58,627 bases of DNA from an uncultured Ruminococcus sp. (GCA_964644445.1 CAZXVF010000002.1:1-58627), one strand, 5' to 3'; positions 1 through 9,558 are shown, numbered from the stretch's first letter. The notes: generated from the sequence alone by a model not told the origin. Made by a program: numbers and translations.

Positions 1-221
1 TAATATTTCTGCTCAAGTTTCTTGCCTGTGAGAACAGCCTTGTCAGCGTTTACGATGATAACGAACTCACCGCAGTCGGCATGAGGAGTGAACTCAGGTC
101 TGTGTTTGCCGCGAAGAATGTCGGCAGCTTCAACAGCGGTTCTGCCAAGAGGCTTGCCTGCTGCATCGATAACGAACCATCTGCGCTCGATGGTCTTTTC
201 GTTTGCCATAAATGTGGACAT
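1..221 (-). CDS. rplM: 50S ribosomal protein L13, N-terminal 73 codons; the gene continues past the window start
   Basis: Manual minus-strand translation from ATG 221..219 gives [73 protein letters not shown], a typical L13 N-terminus. GGAGG lies at 234..230, 8 nt upstream. Absent from the ORF track because it is open at the window edge. Confidence 0.9.
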   Translation of the reverse strand, partial: MSTFMANEKTIERRWFVIDAAGKPLGRTAVEAADILRGKHRPEFTPHADCGEFVIIVNADKAVLTGKKLEQKY

Positions 222-282
222 TTTATATTCCTCCAAAATTAGTCTTTCGCATAAAGTGCGAGTCTTGTTTTCAAGCCCGTTA

Positions 283-311
283 ATTATAGCATAATCATAT
301 ATAAAAGTCAA
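283..311 (-). promoter_or_regulatory. Candidate sigma-A promoter of rplM
   Basis: Minus strand reads TTGACT (311..306), 17 nt, TATAAT (288..283), about 60 nt upstream of the rplM ATG. Confidence 0.55.
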
Positions 312-370
312 TAGGTTTTTAAAACTTTTTTCGAAAAAATTAAATCACAAAACGAAAGCTCGCGAAATCT

Positions 371-435
371 CGTTTTTTCTCGTTTTTCCTCACTTTTCCT
401 AATTTTCAAAAAATATAATTTTTTCACCGATTTTT
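371..435. repeat. Helically phased T-tracts (imperfect 10-nt tandem units) upstream of the rplM promoter
   Basis: Units are tctcgttttt / tctcgttttt / cctcactttt / cctaatttt. T-tracts start at 373, 383, 394 and 403, then at 419 and 431. Confidence 0.5.
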
Positions 436-460
436 GTAAAAAGTGTACAAAAAAGCAAGA

Positions 461-703
461 TCAGGTCATTTTATCGGTTTGAAATTCGCGGGTAAGCCTC
501 CGGCGTAATGAATTTACTTCGGCAATTGATTTTTCACCAAATTTCAGTTCTTCGCAACCGATCAATTCAACCTTTCCGAGAAGTTAAATAGTCTTTTTTA
601 TCTTGAAAGCCGGCATATATCCGCTAAATATGCTACTTTTATTAGGTCGGTTATTTTCAATTACGAGTCGAACGTCTGCATTTTTATATAAAAATTCTTT
701 CAT
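461..703 (-). pseudogene. 80-codon small ORF interrupted by one in-frame TAA; weak resemblance to an EF-Tu domain-3-like beta-barrel
   Basis: Manual translation gives MKEFLYKNADVRLVIENNRPNKSSIFSGYMPAFKIKKTI*LLGKVELIGCEELKFGEKSIAEVNSLRRRLTREFQTDKMT*. The in-frame stop is at 586..584. Both halves fall below the ORF-track size cutoff. There is no strong SD. Confidence 0.3.
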
Positions 704-737
704 TCTTCATCTATTATAAAAATCTTATATTTCCATA

Positions 738-1529
738 TCAGTTATTTTTTGTAAAGATATCGAGCGTATGGTGAGAATATCCGGTAAGCTCAATGCGCTC
801 GCAGGTAGCCAAATGATACTTCAGAAACAGCTCATAGGTCTCGTCGTCCATAGCGTCGACCGTCTCTCTTATGTGATTCGTATAGCCGTCTGCCGCAACG
901 AAATGAAGCGGAGTCACGTCAAATTCGCCGCGCAGGGAATCTATATCATCCTTTCTGTAAAGCTCGAAAATATCCCACGGATGCGAAAACGTTTTGAAGC
1001 TTTCCGTGTCGAGCTTGCAGGAATCAATAATGTTGAAGATCTCACCCCTGACAAATCCGTACGAAAGTATGCTCGCATCTCCCATACAGTAAGCGACGAA
1101 AACGGTACCGCCCGCCTTTGTCACTCTGATTGCCTCGGAAAGTGCCTTCAATTGCTCCTCTCGGCTGAAAAGGTGATACATCGGTCCGAGCAGCAGCGTT
1201 ATATCGTATATACCGTCGCCTATGTCGCCAAGCTCCAGAGCATTGCCTTGCCTGATGCTCACTTGCTCATCGGGTTGCGTGTTTTTCTTGAATATTTCGA
1301 TATTATGCTCGACAAGCTCAATTGCGTCAACCGTAAATCCCTTGCGCGCAAGAGCGTGGCTGTATCTTCCCGTGCCTGCGCCTATCTCGAGAATGCGCAT
1401 TCCGCTCCTCGCGTATTTTTCTACGTACTTCATCGTCGTGACGAATTCGACCGCACCGTGCTTCGACGTCAGACGCCCGTCCTCGTCATATCCCTCGTAG
1501 TATTTCTTTATGTATTCCACAGAGTCCAT
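738..1529 (-). CDS. Class I SAM-dependent methyltransferase
   Basis: 263-aa ORF with SAM-binding motif I, ILEIGAGTGRYSHALARKG. AAGGAAAC RBS upstream of the ATG. Confidence 0.85.
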   Translation of the reverse strand: MDSVEYIKKYYEGYDEDGRLTSKHGAVEFVTTMKYVEKYARSGMRILEIGAGTGRYSHALARKGFTVDAIELVEHNIEIFKKNTQPDEQVSIRQGNALELGDIGDGIYDITLLLGPMYHLFSREEQLKALSEAIRVTKAGGTVFVAYCMGDASILSYGFVRGEIFNIIDSCKLDTESFKTFSHPWDIFELYRKDDIDSLRGEFDVTPLHFVAADGYTNHIRETVDAMDDETYELFLKYHLATCERIELTGYSHHTLDIFTKNN

Positions 1530-1653
1530 TTTTTTGTTTCCTTAATTATTTCTTGCATTTGCCTGAATATGCAAAGTATTATTTACATAATTCGCATTTT
1601 TTGCGTTTTTACTTTATTATGTTTTAGAAATCCGAAATATATAAATCGTTTTT

Positions 1654-2055
1654 TTATTCTTCGTCCTCGTCGCGTTTCTCGTAGCTCCAGCATCTACCGT
1701 CAAGGCATAATCTCTCGTAATGTCCGTCGAGATTATCCGGATCACCCTTAAAGTTTACGCAATCAAGACATTTTTGACGCACGACCTGACGGAGCCTGTT
1801 ATCGTAATCAATGCGGGATAATACCTCTCCGTCAATTTCCTCAATATAAGTTATTTGCGAGAGATTTACCCAAATCGTTTTTTTGTCTTCTTCGATAAAA
1901 TAGGGCTCCATACAGTGCTGTTCACTATACATCGTCAGCTTTACGAATTTTTGATTATTTTCGTCGTTTGCAAGCTGTGCGAATTCGTCGGCGCTTTTAA
2001 TTCCTTCGGGAAATCTGTAATAGTTCGTATCAAGTTGAAGCAATTTAGTTTTCAT
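1654..2055 (-). CDS. Hypothetical protein with a C-terminal Cys cluster and an acidic tail
   Basis: 133-aa ORF with a GAGGTG RBS. The C-terminus reads CLDCVNF...LCLDGRCWSYEKRDEDEE. No family recognised. Confidence 0.6.
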   Translation of the reverse strand: MKTKLLQLDTNYYRFPEGIKSADEFAQLANDENNQKFVKLTMYSEQHCMEPYFIEEDKKTIWVNLSQITYIEEIDGEVLSRIDYDNRLRQVVRQKCLDCVNFKGDPDNLDGHYERLCLDGRCWSYEKRDEDEE

Positions 2056-2255
2056 TTTTACACCTCGTAAAGTATATTTATTTTCAAAATCGACGTCTCG
2101 ACCATTCGTTTTCTTATGAGTGCACGTGGTATTTCCATGTATTTTGGCGCATTCTATAAGGAGCTTTTAAATTCAAAAGGTCGGTTTTGTATTGTCAAGG
2201 TCGCGGGCGCGGATCTTTGATTCGTTTTAGCCTTGCGTTATTGTATTCGGATAGC

Positions 2256-3023
2256 TCAGTCACCGTCTGATGAGTCTATCTTGCCGGCATCGGGAAAACG
2301 TCCCGCTACCTTAAATCCGTCGATCTCGGCGGAGCACATTGCTTTGAATATTCTGTGCTTCACGCCCTTATTTTCGCGTTCCAAGCGATTAAGCAGCTGC
2401 TTCATGTTTTCTCTTTCGGTCGCGTGATCCTCGGGGCAAGTGCTTGTAACTACGGGAAGTGCACGCTTGCTCGCAAAATACACGACCTCCTTTTCCTTGG
2501 CGTATATCATAGGTCTGATAAGCGTTATTTGCCTGTTTGAAAGATACGTAACGGGAGAAAAGCAGCCGAGCCGCCCCTCGAAGAAAAGATTCATCATAAA
2601 CGTTTCGATAGCGTCGTCGTAATGGTGACCGAGCGCAACCTTATTGCACCCCGCCTCGACCGCTGCCGCATGCAGTGAGCCTCTCCTCATTTTGGCGCAA
2701 AGAGAGCAGGGATTGGATTCCTTCCTAACGTCGAAAATTATTTTAGCAATATCCGTCTTGACGATTTTGTATTCGATTCCCAGCCGCCTCGTCAGCTTTT
2801 CAACGGGTGAGAAGTCCATATTCGGTAGTCCCATATCTACGGTAATTGCAACTATATCGTATTTTTTGGGGTAAAATATTCTCATTTGCGCGAGAACCTC
2901 GAGAAGCACGAGAGAATCCTTTCCTCCGGAAACACCGACGGCTATTTTGTCGCCGTCCTCTATCATTTTATAATCGTCGACTGCCCGCCTGACAAAGCTG
3001 AGCATTCTTTTCATTTCATTCAT
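2256..3023 (-). CDS. ttcA: PP-loop ATPase of the TtcA (tRNA 2-thiocytidine biosynthesis) family
   Basis: Motifs SGGKDS (PP-loop), CSLCAKMRRG and ALGHHYDD align with remembered E. coli TtcA motifs. The start is ambiguous (M1, M4 or M7). Confidence 0.75.
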   Translation of the reverse strand: MNEMKRMLSFVRRAVDDYKMIEDGDKIAVGVSGGKDSLVLLEVLAQMRIFYPKKYDIVAITVDMGLPNMDFSPVEKLTRRLGIEYKIVKTDIAKIIFDVRKESNPCSLCAKMRRGSLHAAAVEAGCNKVALGHHYDDAIETFMMNLFFEGRLGCFSPVTYLSNRQITLIRPMIYAKEKEVVYFASKRALPVVTSTCPEDHATERENMKQLLNRLERENKGVKHRIFKAMCSAEIDGFKVAGRFPDAGKIDSSDGD

Positions 3024-3078
3024 AACCTAAAATTAACTCTTTTCATAGAATATAGTAAATGACAAGGAGTGTGAGCAT

Positions 3079-3648
3079 ATGAGTATAAAAATATATATTG
3101 ACCAAGGACATAATCCGCGAGGATTTAATACCGGAGCCGAGGGAAACGGCTACTACGAGCAGGATCTGACCTACGAGATAGGCAGACGCCTGAATATCCT
3201 GCTTTCCGAAAACTCGGAATTTGAAACCAGACTCTCACGTCCCACGCCGGATACCGTGCTCGGAACGAACAACTCGAGCAGCCTTACCGCAAGAGTAAAC
3301 GAAGCAAATTCGTGGGGCGCAGATATTTTTCTCTCGTTGCATAATAACGCGGCAGAGAACACGCGAGCCTCGGGAAACGAAGCCTTGGTTTACGGACCGA
3401 CCTCGACCGTTGCCATTGCGTTGGGCACACGGATACTCGAGCAGCTGACGCTTACCACGGGATTGCGCAACAGAGGTATAGTGTATCGCCCGGGACTCTA
3501 CGTGCTGAAGCGCACCGTAATGCCCGCAGTCCTGCTTGAAATGGGCTTTATATCAAACCCCTACGACGCGGATCTTCTTGCAAACTCGCCGTATCTCTTC
3601 GCCGTCGGGATATACCGAGGCATTCTTTCGTATTACGGTATGCTGTAA
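3079..3648 (+). CDS. N-acetylmuramoyl-L-alanine amidase (Amidase_3 type)
   Basis: 189 aa. Contains IYIDQGHN...GAEG, ADIFLSLHNNA and LLEMGFISN motifs. AAGGAG RBS. No signal peptide is evident. Confidence 0.85.
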   Translation: MSIKIYIDQGHNPRGFNTGAEGNGYYEQDLTYEIGRRLNILLSENSEFETRLSRPTPDTVLGTNNSSSLTARVNEANSWGADIFLSLHNNAAENTRASGNEALVYGPTSTVAIALGTRILEQLTLTTGLRNRGIVYRPGLYVLKRTVMPAVLLEMGFISNPYDADLLANSPYLFAVGIYRGILSYYGML

Positions 3649-3801
3649 AATACCTTCTTCCGATTAACCGGCAATTTTCGAAGCCGAAATCGTATTGACG
3701 GAATAGTATAGCAGGAAAATGTCCGAAAATGGTAGAAAATAAAGATGACGTGCCGAAAATACGGTTAATTTTATAACGTTTATACGCACGTATCGGTGAA
3801 A

Positions 3802-4449
3802 CTATTTAAGCGTTATGCTCTTTACGTCCAGATATTCCTCGGCGATAGTCGGGCTTGCCGCCACAAACGTGTACGAAGCACCGCACTCCTCACAATACAC
3901 CTGTATTCCCTCGTCGCAGAAGCGAAGCTCGTATTTGCCGCTATGGCACGGGCAGTGTACCTCACCCTCTGCTTCAAGCTCCTTGACCACGAAGCGTATC
4001 GTATCGTAAACTGCGGGATCCGGTAGTATTTCGTCGTCGTTCATATCCTGCGGCTGTATGTCCGATAGCTCGTCCGCTTCCATTCCCGCAAGTAAGCGCT
4101 CTATCTCTCCCTGCGTTCTTTCAAGCTCTGAAAGGACGCTTTTTTCCTCTCCGATGAAGGCTATATCCATGCCGCTGTACGGACAGCTTACGAGGAATTT
4201 ATCTCTGTCGAAAAAGATTCCCTCAGAAACCGTATACGTATGATTTTGCTTGCAGAAGAGGCAGGGCACGGAAAGCTTGATCTTGCCGTCATTGGTGTTT
4301 GAAATATCTAGCACGGAGGACTTATCACAGTTGCATCTCAGCCTTAAAAGATTTGCCTCCTTTGCAAACCTTCCGATAAAGCCGAAGATCGCCTCTCCAC
4401 ATTCGGGACATCTGTATGCTATTTGTCTTTGTTTTGGTGTGCGTGTCAT
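3802..4449 (-). CDS. Hypothetical multi-CxxC (zinc-ribbon-like) protein
   Basis: 215 aa. Cys pairs are CPEC, CNC and CLFC in the N-half and CPC and CEEC in the C-half, separated by an acidic linker. AAAGGTAA RBS. Confidence 0.65.
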   Translation of the reverse strand: MTRTPKQRQIAYRCPECGEAIFGFIGRFAKEANLLRLRCNCDKSSVLDISNTNDGKIKLSVPCLFCKQNHTYTVSEGIFFDRDKFLVSCPYSGMDIAFIGEEKSVLSELERTQGEIERLLAGMEADELSDIQPQDMNDDEILPDPAVYDTIRFVVKELEAEGEVHCPCHSGKYELRFCDEGIQVYCEECGASYTFVAASPTIAEEYLDVKSITLK

Positions 4450-4701
4450 TGTTATTACCTTTTCATTTATAAAAGTGTTTTATATTGCCGCCTTTGCGCG
4501 TTATAAGAACCGCCTTAGCGGTGATTTTTGTCTTTGCCTGTGATAGGCGTATCTGATCTTGAATACAAGATATTCGCAATAAGCGTTTTCTACATTATAA
4601 TAATATAGCCTGCGCGAAATGCCGCGAGCGGCAACGCTTTTGTCTTACCGTATCGGCATCTCGGAGCAGTCTTTTAGTGCCGTCTATATCGTGGCAGGAA
4701 A

Positions 4702-5241
4702 TTATCGCATAATTGATTTTGATATTCGTTCCGAGGTATCCTCGCCGCAGAGAAGCGACAACAGCTCGAATGCAAAATCCATAGCCGCCCCCATTCCTAT
4801 CGACGTCGTGATTTTTCCGTCGGTAACTACGCTCTCGTGTACGACCGTCGCGCCGATAAGCTCGTTTTCAAATCCCGGATAAGCCGTCGCGCGCTTTCCC
4901 CTCAGCAATCCGCGCCGCCCGAGAACCAGCGGAGCCGCGCATATTGCAGCTAACCGACCTCCGTCGGCAATTGCGGCGTTTATAAAGCGATCGGTGTGCG
5001 TAGAGGCATCGAGATTTTTTGCACCGGGCATTCCTCCGGGGAGTATAAGAAGCTCTACGTCCCGTGGCTCTGCATCCTTCGCCAAAAGGTCTGCTTTAAC
5101 GGTGATATTATGCGCTCCGACCACCTCCAAGTTGTCGGATATGGAATATACTCTGACGTCCATACCTGCACGCCTCAGCACGTCAATAGGCGTCAAAGCC
5201 TCGATCTCTTCAAATCCGTTTGCAAGCAAAACCGCTATCAT
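4702..5241 (-). CDS. DJ-1/PfpI (ThiJ) family protein
   Basis: 179 aa with LLILPGG and the nucleophile-elbow AAICAAP motif. GGAGG RBS. Confidence 0.85.
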   Translation of the reverse strand: MIAVLLANGFEEIEALTPIDVLRRAGMDVRVYSISDNLEVVGAHNITVKADLLAKDAEPRDVELLILPGGMPGAKNLDASTHTDRFINAAIADGGRLAAICAAPLVLGRRGLLRGKRATAYPGFENELIGATVVHESVVTDGKITTSIGMGAAMDFAFELLSLLCGEDTSERISKSIMR

Positions 5242-5328
5242 AACAAAAAACCTCCATACTGTAAAAATCGTCTGAAAAGTGATTTATTAAAGGGCTTTGC
5301 AAACAAGAGTTTACAAAACCCTGATTTT

Positions 5329-8300
5329 TTAATAATCCTCGTAGGTGGTGCGGGCAAGCTTCTCGTGCCATTCTTCCTTCGTGATGAGGACCTGACGCGG
5401 CTTCGTGCCGTTCTTTTCTCCTACGATTCCCATGTCCTCCATAATATCTATGAACTTGGCAGCTTTGCCGAAGCCTATGGATATTCTTCTTTGGAGAAGG
5501 GAGGTGGATATTTGTCCTTGACTTACTGCAATCTCTACGGATTCGAGGAATTGCTTGTTGTTGAGGTATCCCTCGCCTCCGGAGTAGTCGTCGTGATCTG
5601 AATCGTCGTCGATATCGTCACCCGATTTCTTTGCACATTTTTGTGCCGCCTTATTTATCTCGTTCAGTACTGCGTCGTCGTAATTCGCACCGCCGGACTG
5701 CTCCTTGACGTACGAGAGTATTCTGTCAAGCTCGCCGTCGGAAACGAACGCACCCTGAACTCTTATCGGCTTTATTGCACCCGGGAAGGAGAAGAGCATA
5801 TCGCCCTTGTCCAGCAGCTTTTCCGCTCCGGAGCATTCAAGGACAGTTCTGGAGTCCGTGAAGGAGGCAACCTTGCATGATATTCTCGACGGAATATTCG
5901 CTTTTATAGTACCCGTGATTACCTGTACGGAGGGTCTCTGAGTACCTATAATGAGATGTATGCCTGCAGCTCTCGCCTTTTGCGCAAGGCTCATTACAAG
6001 CTTCTCGACGGGGTCCTTTACCTGAAGCATAAGATCGGCAAACTCGTCGATGACGATTATTATTCTGGGTAAGAATTCGCCGAGCGAGGGATTTTCCTTC
6101 ACCTTAGCGTTATACATATCGATGTTACTGACGTAAAGCGCCTCGATAAGTCCGTATCTGCGCTCCATCTCGCCGACTGCCCACATAAGTGCGCCCGCCG
6201 CCTGCTTTGATTCCGCTACTACGGGGATAAGAAGATGGGGAATACCGTTGTATCTCTTGAATTCAACCTTTTTCGGGTCTATCATAATGAACTTGACCTC
6301 GTCGGGCTTTGCCTTGTAAAGAAGGCTTATCATAAACGAGTTCATGCAAACCGATTTACCCATACCGGTAGCTCCGGCAACGAGAAGGTGCGGCATTTTG
6401 GCAATATCTCCGAACACGGGAGTTCCCGCAACGTCCTTACCGATGCAGACCGCCGTTTTTGACGGATTATTCTGGAAATCCACGGTTTCGACAAGCTCTC
6501 TCAGGTATACCGTAGTCGAGGTGGCGTTCGGGATCTCAACGCCTATTGCCGATTTTCCGGGTATCGGTGCTTCCATACGTATCGAGCTGGCGGCAAGAGC
6601 AAGAGCGATATCATCCGAAAGAGAAAGTACGGAGTTGACCTTGACGCCTCTTGCAGGCACGACCTCGTATCTCGTAATTCTCGGACCTCTGTCGACGCCC
6701 TTGATAGATGCCGTAACGTTGAATGATTCGAGCGCACCTATCAGCATATTTGCCTTTTCCTGCGTTTCCTCGGAGTAGTCGTATTCATCTGCCGGCGGGG
6801 AAATAAGCATGTCCAGTGCGGGGAGCTTGTAATCCGAAAAATCAACCTTCGGCTTTTCGGGCACCTTTTCGGCAGGTACGGGGGGCATAGGCCTCGTATA
6901 GCTTTCCTTCGGTTCGGATTTCGCAAACGGAGACTCCCCGCGAATGCGTCCGCCGTCAAAAGGGACGTCGTCCTCCGCATCCTCTTCGCAGTAGTCTTCA
7001 TCGTAGCCGTCGCCAACTAAGCAGTCGTCTTTGGCCTCGCTTGCAAACGTATCGTCCTCGGCAAGTGCCTCGTCCTCCTCCGCAAGGAAGGGGAATTGCT
7101 CCCTCATTTTTATTACCTCGGGATTTTGATCCTCGGGCGGTATAGCATTGCGGTCGTATTCTTCCTCGACGCTTTCAAAGACGTCGATAGCATCCTCCTC
7201 GTCCTCCTCGTCATCGAATTCCGTCGGCAATGCTAGATCCTCGGTCCATGCAAATCCGTCGTCATCCCCTTCGTCCTCGTTTTGAACGGCGTTGTCAACT
7301 GCGGCAAACGTAGAGGTGATATCACCGTCGAATGCGGTTTTCGGCTTTTCGTTATCGTAGGGTGTTGCCGTAAAGCGTGAGGTATTCTCGTTGTGTGCCG
7401 CAGCAGTCTGTGAGAACGCTTGTGCAAGGCCTTGGTGCACGTTATCGCTCTCCGCATTTTCGACTGCATTGTGCGAGAGCTCGTCCGCCCCGTATTTTTC
7501 CGCTTCAAGTCTCTGCGGCTCGGGTGACATCATAGATCTTTCCGCGTAGAGCACGTCGGTGTCCGTATTACCGATATCTCCGAGATCGGAGCTTTCAATA
7601 GGATCGAAATCCCTGATTTCCTCGTCCTCGGTCACGGTGTAAGAGTAGCTTCCGTTAGTTACGTTTTCACTACGCGCGTACATTGGATTTTTCATTGCAA
7701 CAGCCTGCGCTACGGCGAGAGCGACCTGCTCTGTATCGTCGTTTTTACGTGCCTTTTCATATGTATAGCTTACCGTGCCGTTTTCCGTCGGTTCTTGCGG
7801 AACGCTTTCCTCGGATACGTTAAACGTAACGGTTTTTTTAGTTTCATTGTAAACTATTGTTTCTGTTTTTGCGTCGTTTTCCGCGTTTTGCGTACCGCCG
7901 CCAATCTGTGCATCCTTGAATTTATCATCGTCTGAAGGAACGTATTGAGGCGTCTGCTCGCTTGCCGTTTGCCTCTCCTTCATTCGTTGCTCCTTGATTG
8001 CGAAGATGTCCTCCTTCGCGCTGTGGCTCGAATAATCCGTAAACGTCGGTGCAGAGTAAGTAGTGTTGACTCTCGGCGTCTCCGTCTCCGCGTGGGGAGG
8101 AGTATTCTCCGAGGCTCCCGACTTGTACTGATTGACTATCATTTGCTTTCTTTGCTCGAATTCGAGTCTGCGTCGCTCGTTTGCGGCTTTTTGCTCCGCC
8201 ATCTTCTTTGCGAGAGCCTCTCTTTCTCTTATACGGCGAACGTCCTCCTCGGTCAGTTGATCAAGGTCGACTGCCTCACCGAATATGGGAGCTATCTTCT

Positions 8301-9444
8301 CGGTTATCGGTGCACGGCTGGACTTTCTCGTGGCAACCGTCTCCGCCTCGTTGAAATCAAACGGATCGAAATCCTTAGTAAAAACGTTTTCCGCCTTTTC
8401 GTCAAGACCGAACGCCTCGCGCTGCGTTTTCCGTACGTCCGCTTGTGCCGTATCGGGCTTTTCGTCCGTTTCTTCCGCAGCCTTCTGCTCGGGAACGTCG
8501 GAGATACTGTAATCGAACGTTACCTTGCGTATTCTGTCCGCCGCCTGCGCCGTCGGTCTTTCCTTTGCGCTCTCTTCCGGCCTCTTCTTGTTTGCGTCCT
8601 CGTTCTTACGAACCGCGTCCGCTTCCTCGCCCTTGACCGCGCTCTTCATATATACCTTACTGTGAAGGGTGGGATTGCTTTCAATATCGTCGGCATTTTT
8701 GCTTTCCTTGATTCCGAGCTCCTTGATCTCCATTCGTTGCATACCGTTGTCGACCTCGAAGAACTCGTCGTCGATAAGCTCGGCGCGCCGCTCCTCGATC
8801 TGGCGTTGCTTCTTTTGATTTATAAGCTCCTTGCATTTCGCCACGAGATTGACGACGGCTCGCTCAACCACGGCAAGCGCACTTGCGGCGTATTCGAGAA
8901 TGAGGAGAAGCAATCTGCCGACTGCGCTGTTCGTTCCCGCAAAGAAGAAGGTTACGTAAATTGCCGCAGCCGCCACCGCCAAAATTATCAGTCCTACGGG
9001 GCCGAACACCTTGATAAGCAGAAAGGCAAGCATACTGCCTATAAATCCGCCGGCATCCTTTTCTACGTAGAATCTCGCAGGAGCAAATACCGCTTCGTCA
9101 CGCCACGTGTCCCAAAAGCAAACGTCGTAATGTATTATGGAAACCACCAAAACCGTAATAACGGAGAAGATTATTCTCGAAGTTATCCTGCCTCTTCCGA
9201 GATCCTCAGCGTAAAAGATAGCATGCACGATAAGCATCACCGGAATCGCCCACGCACCCGCGGCGAAAAGTCCCATAAACAGGTCTGATATAACGTGCCC
9301 GAAGCCCGTATCGTCGGTAATGTAACCGGCAAATATTATGACCGCCAGAGCGGTGAGAAGTATCGGTACGGCTCTGTGAATTCCTTTCAGATCGGAGTAG
9401 GAATACTCGACCTTTTTCTTGTTTTCGTTTTTATTTTCACTCAT
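5329..9444 (-). CDS. ftsK: DNA translocase FtsK/SpoIIIE with a very long low-complexity linker
   Basis: N-terminal TM segments. Walker A GATGMGKS. C-terminal gamma winged helix (LLQRRISIGFGKAAKFID). The start is placed at M8 (9444) because AGGAGAG lies 6 nt upstream. The ORF-track start is 9465. Confidence 0.9.
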   Translation of the reverse strand: MSENKNENKKKVEYSYSDLKGIHRAVPILLTALAVIIFAGYITDDTGFGHVISDLFMGLFAAGAWAIPVMLIVHAIFYAEDLGRGRITSRIIFSVITVLVVSIIHYDVCFWDTWRDEAVFAPARFYVEKDAGGFIGSMLAFLLIKVFGPVGLIILAVAAAAIYVTFFFAGTNSAVGRLLLLILEYAASALAVVERAVVNLVAKCKELINQKKQRQIEERRAELIDDEFFEVDNGMQRMEIKELGIKESKNADDIESNPTLHSKVYMKSAVKGEEADAVRKNEDANKKRPEESAKERPTAQAADRIRKVTFDYSISDVPEQKAAEETDEKPDTAQADVRKTQREAFGLDEKAENVFTKDFDPFDFNEAETVATRKSSRAPITEKIAPIFGEAVDLDQLTEEDVRRIREREALAKKMAEQKAANERRRLEFEQRKQMIVNQYKSGASENTPPHAETETPRVNTTYSAPTFTDYSSHSAKEDIFAIKEQRMKERQTASEQTPQYVPSDDDKFKDAQIGGGTQNAENDAKTETIVYNETKKTVTFNVSEESVPQEPTENGTVSYTYEKARKNDDTEQVALAVAQAVAMKNPMYARSENVTNGSYSYTVTEDEEIRDFDPIESSDLGDIGNTDTDVLYAERSMMSPEPQRLEAEKYGADELSHNAVENAESDNVHQGLAQAFSQTAAAHNENTSRFTATPYDNEKPKTAFDGDITSTFAAVDNAVQNEDEGDDDGFAWTEDLALPTEFDDEEDEEDAIDVFESVEEEYDRNAIPPEDQNPEVIKMREQFPFLAEEDEALAEDDTFASEAKDDCLVGDGYDEDYCEEDAEDDVPFDGGRIRGESPFAKSEPKESYTRPMPPVPAEKVPEKPKVDFSDYKLPALDMLISPPADEYDYSEETQEKANMLIGALESFNVTASIKGVDRGPRITRYEVVPARGVKVNSVLSLSDDIALALAASSIRMEAPIPGKSAIGVEIPNATSTTVYLRELVETVDFQNNPSKTAVCIGKDVAGTPVFGDIAKMPHLLVAGATGMGKSVCMNSFMISLLYKAKPDEVKFIMIDPKKVEFKRYNGIPHLLIPVVAESKQAAGALMWAVGEMERRYGLIEALYVSNIDMYNAKVKENPSLGEFLPRIIIVIDEFADLMLQVKDPVEKLVMSLAQKARAAGIHLIIGTQRPSVQVITGTIKANIPSRISCKVASFTDSRTVLECSGAEKLLDKGDMLFSFPGAIKPIRVQGAFVSDGELDRILSYVKEQSGGANYDDAVLNEINKAAQKCAKKSGDDIDDDSDHDDYSGGEGYLNNKQFLESVEIAVSQGQISTSLLQRRISIGFGKAAKFIDIMEDMGIVGEKNGTKPRQVLITKEEWHEKLARTTYEDY

Positions 9445-9480
9445 AGTCAACTCTCCTATGCTCATAATTTTCTAAGATAT

Positions 9481-9509
9481 ATAATAGCAAAAAAAAAGCG
9501 AAATTACAA
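9481..9509 (-). promoter_or_regulatory. Candidate sigma-A promoter of ftsK
   Basis: Minus strand reads TTGTAA (9509..9504), 17 nt, TATTAT (9486..9481). Confidence 0.4.
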
Positions 9510-9558
9510 GAGAATTTCACAAAATAAATAAAAAAATCTGTTAATAAATATATAACGC

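Noticed and set aside
88-294. 68-aa plus-strand ORF at the window start
   Set aside because: It overlaps the rplM coding sequence and its promoter on the opposite strand. The L13 reading is far better supported.
768-1751. 327-aa plus-strand ORF
   Set aside because: It is entirely antisense to the well-supported methyltransferase gene (738..1529). It has no RBS and its translation looks like a low-complexity shadow frame.
7945-9288. 447-aa plus-strand ORF
   Set aside because: It is antisense to the compositionally biased ftsK linker and N-terminus. The Arg/Leu/Ser-rich translation is typical of a shadow ORF.
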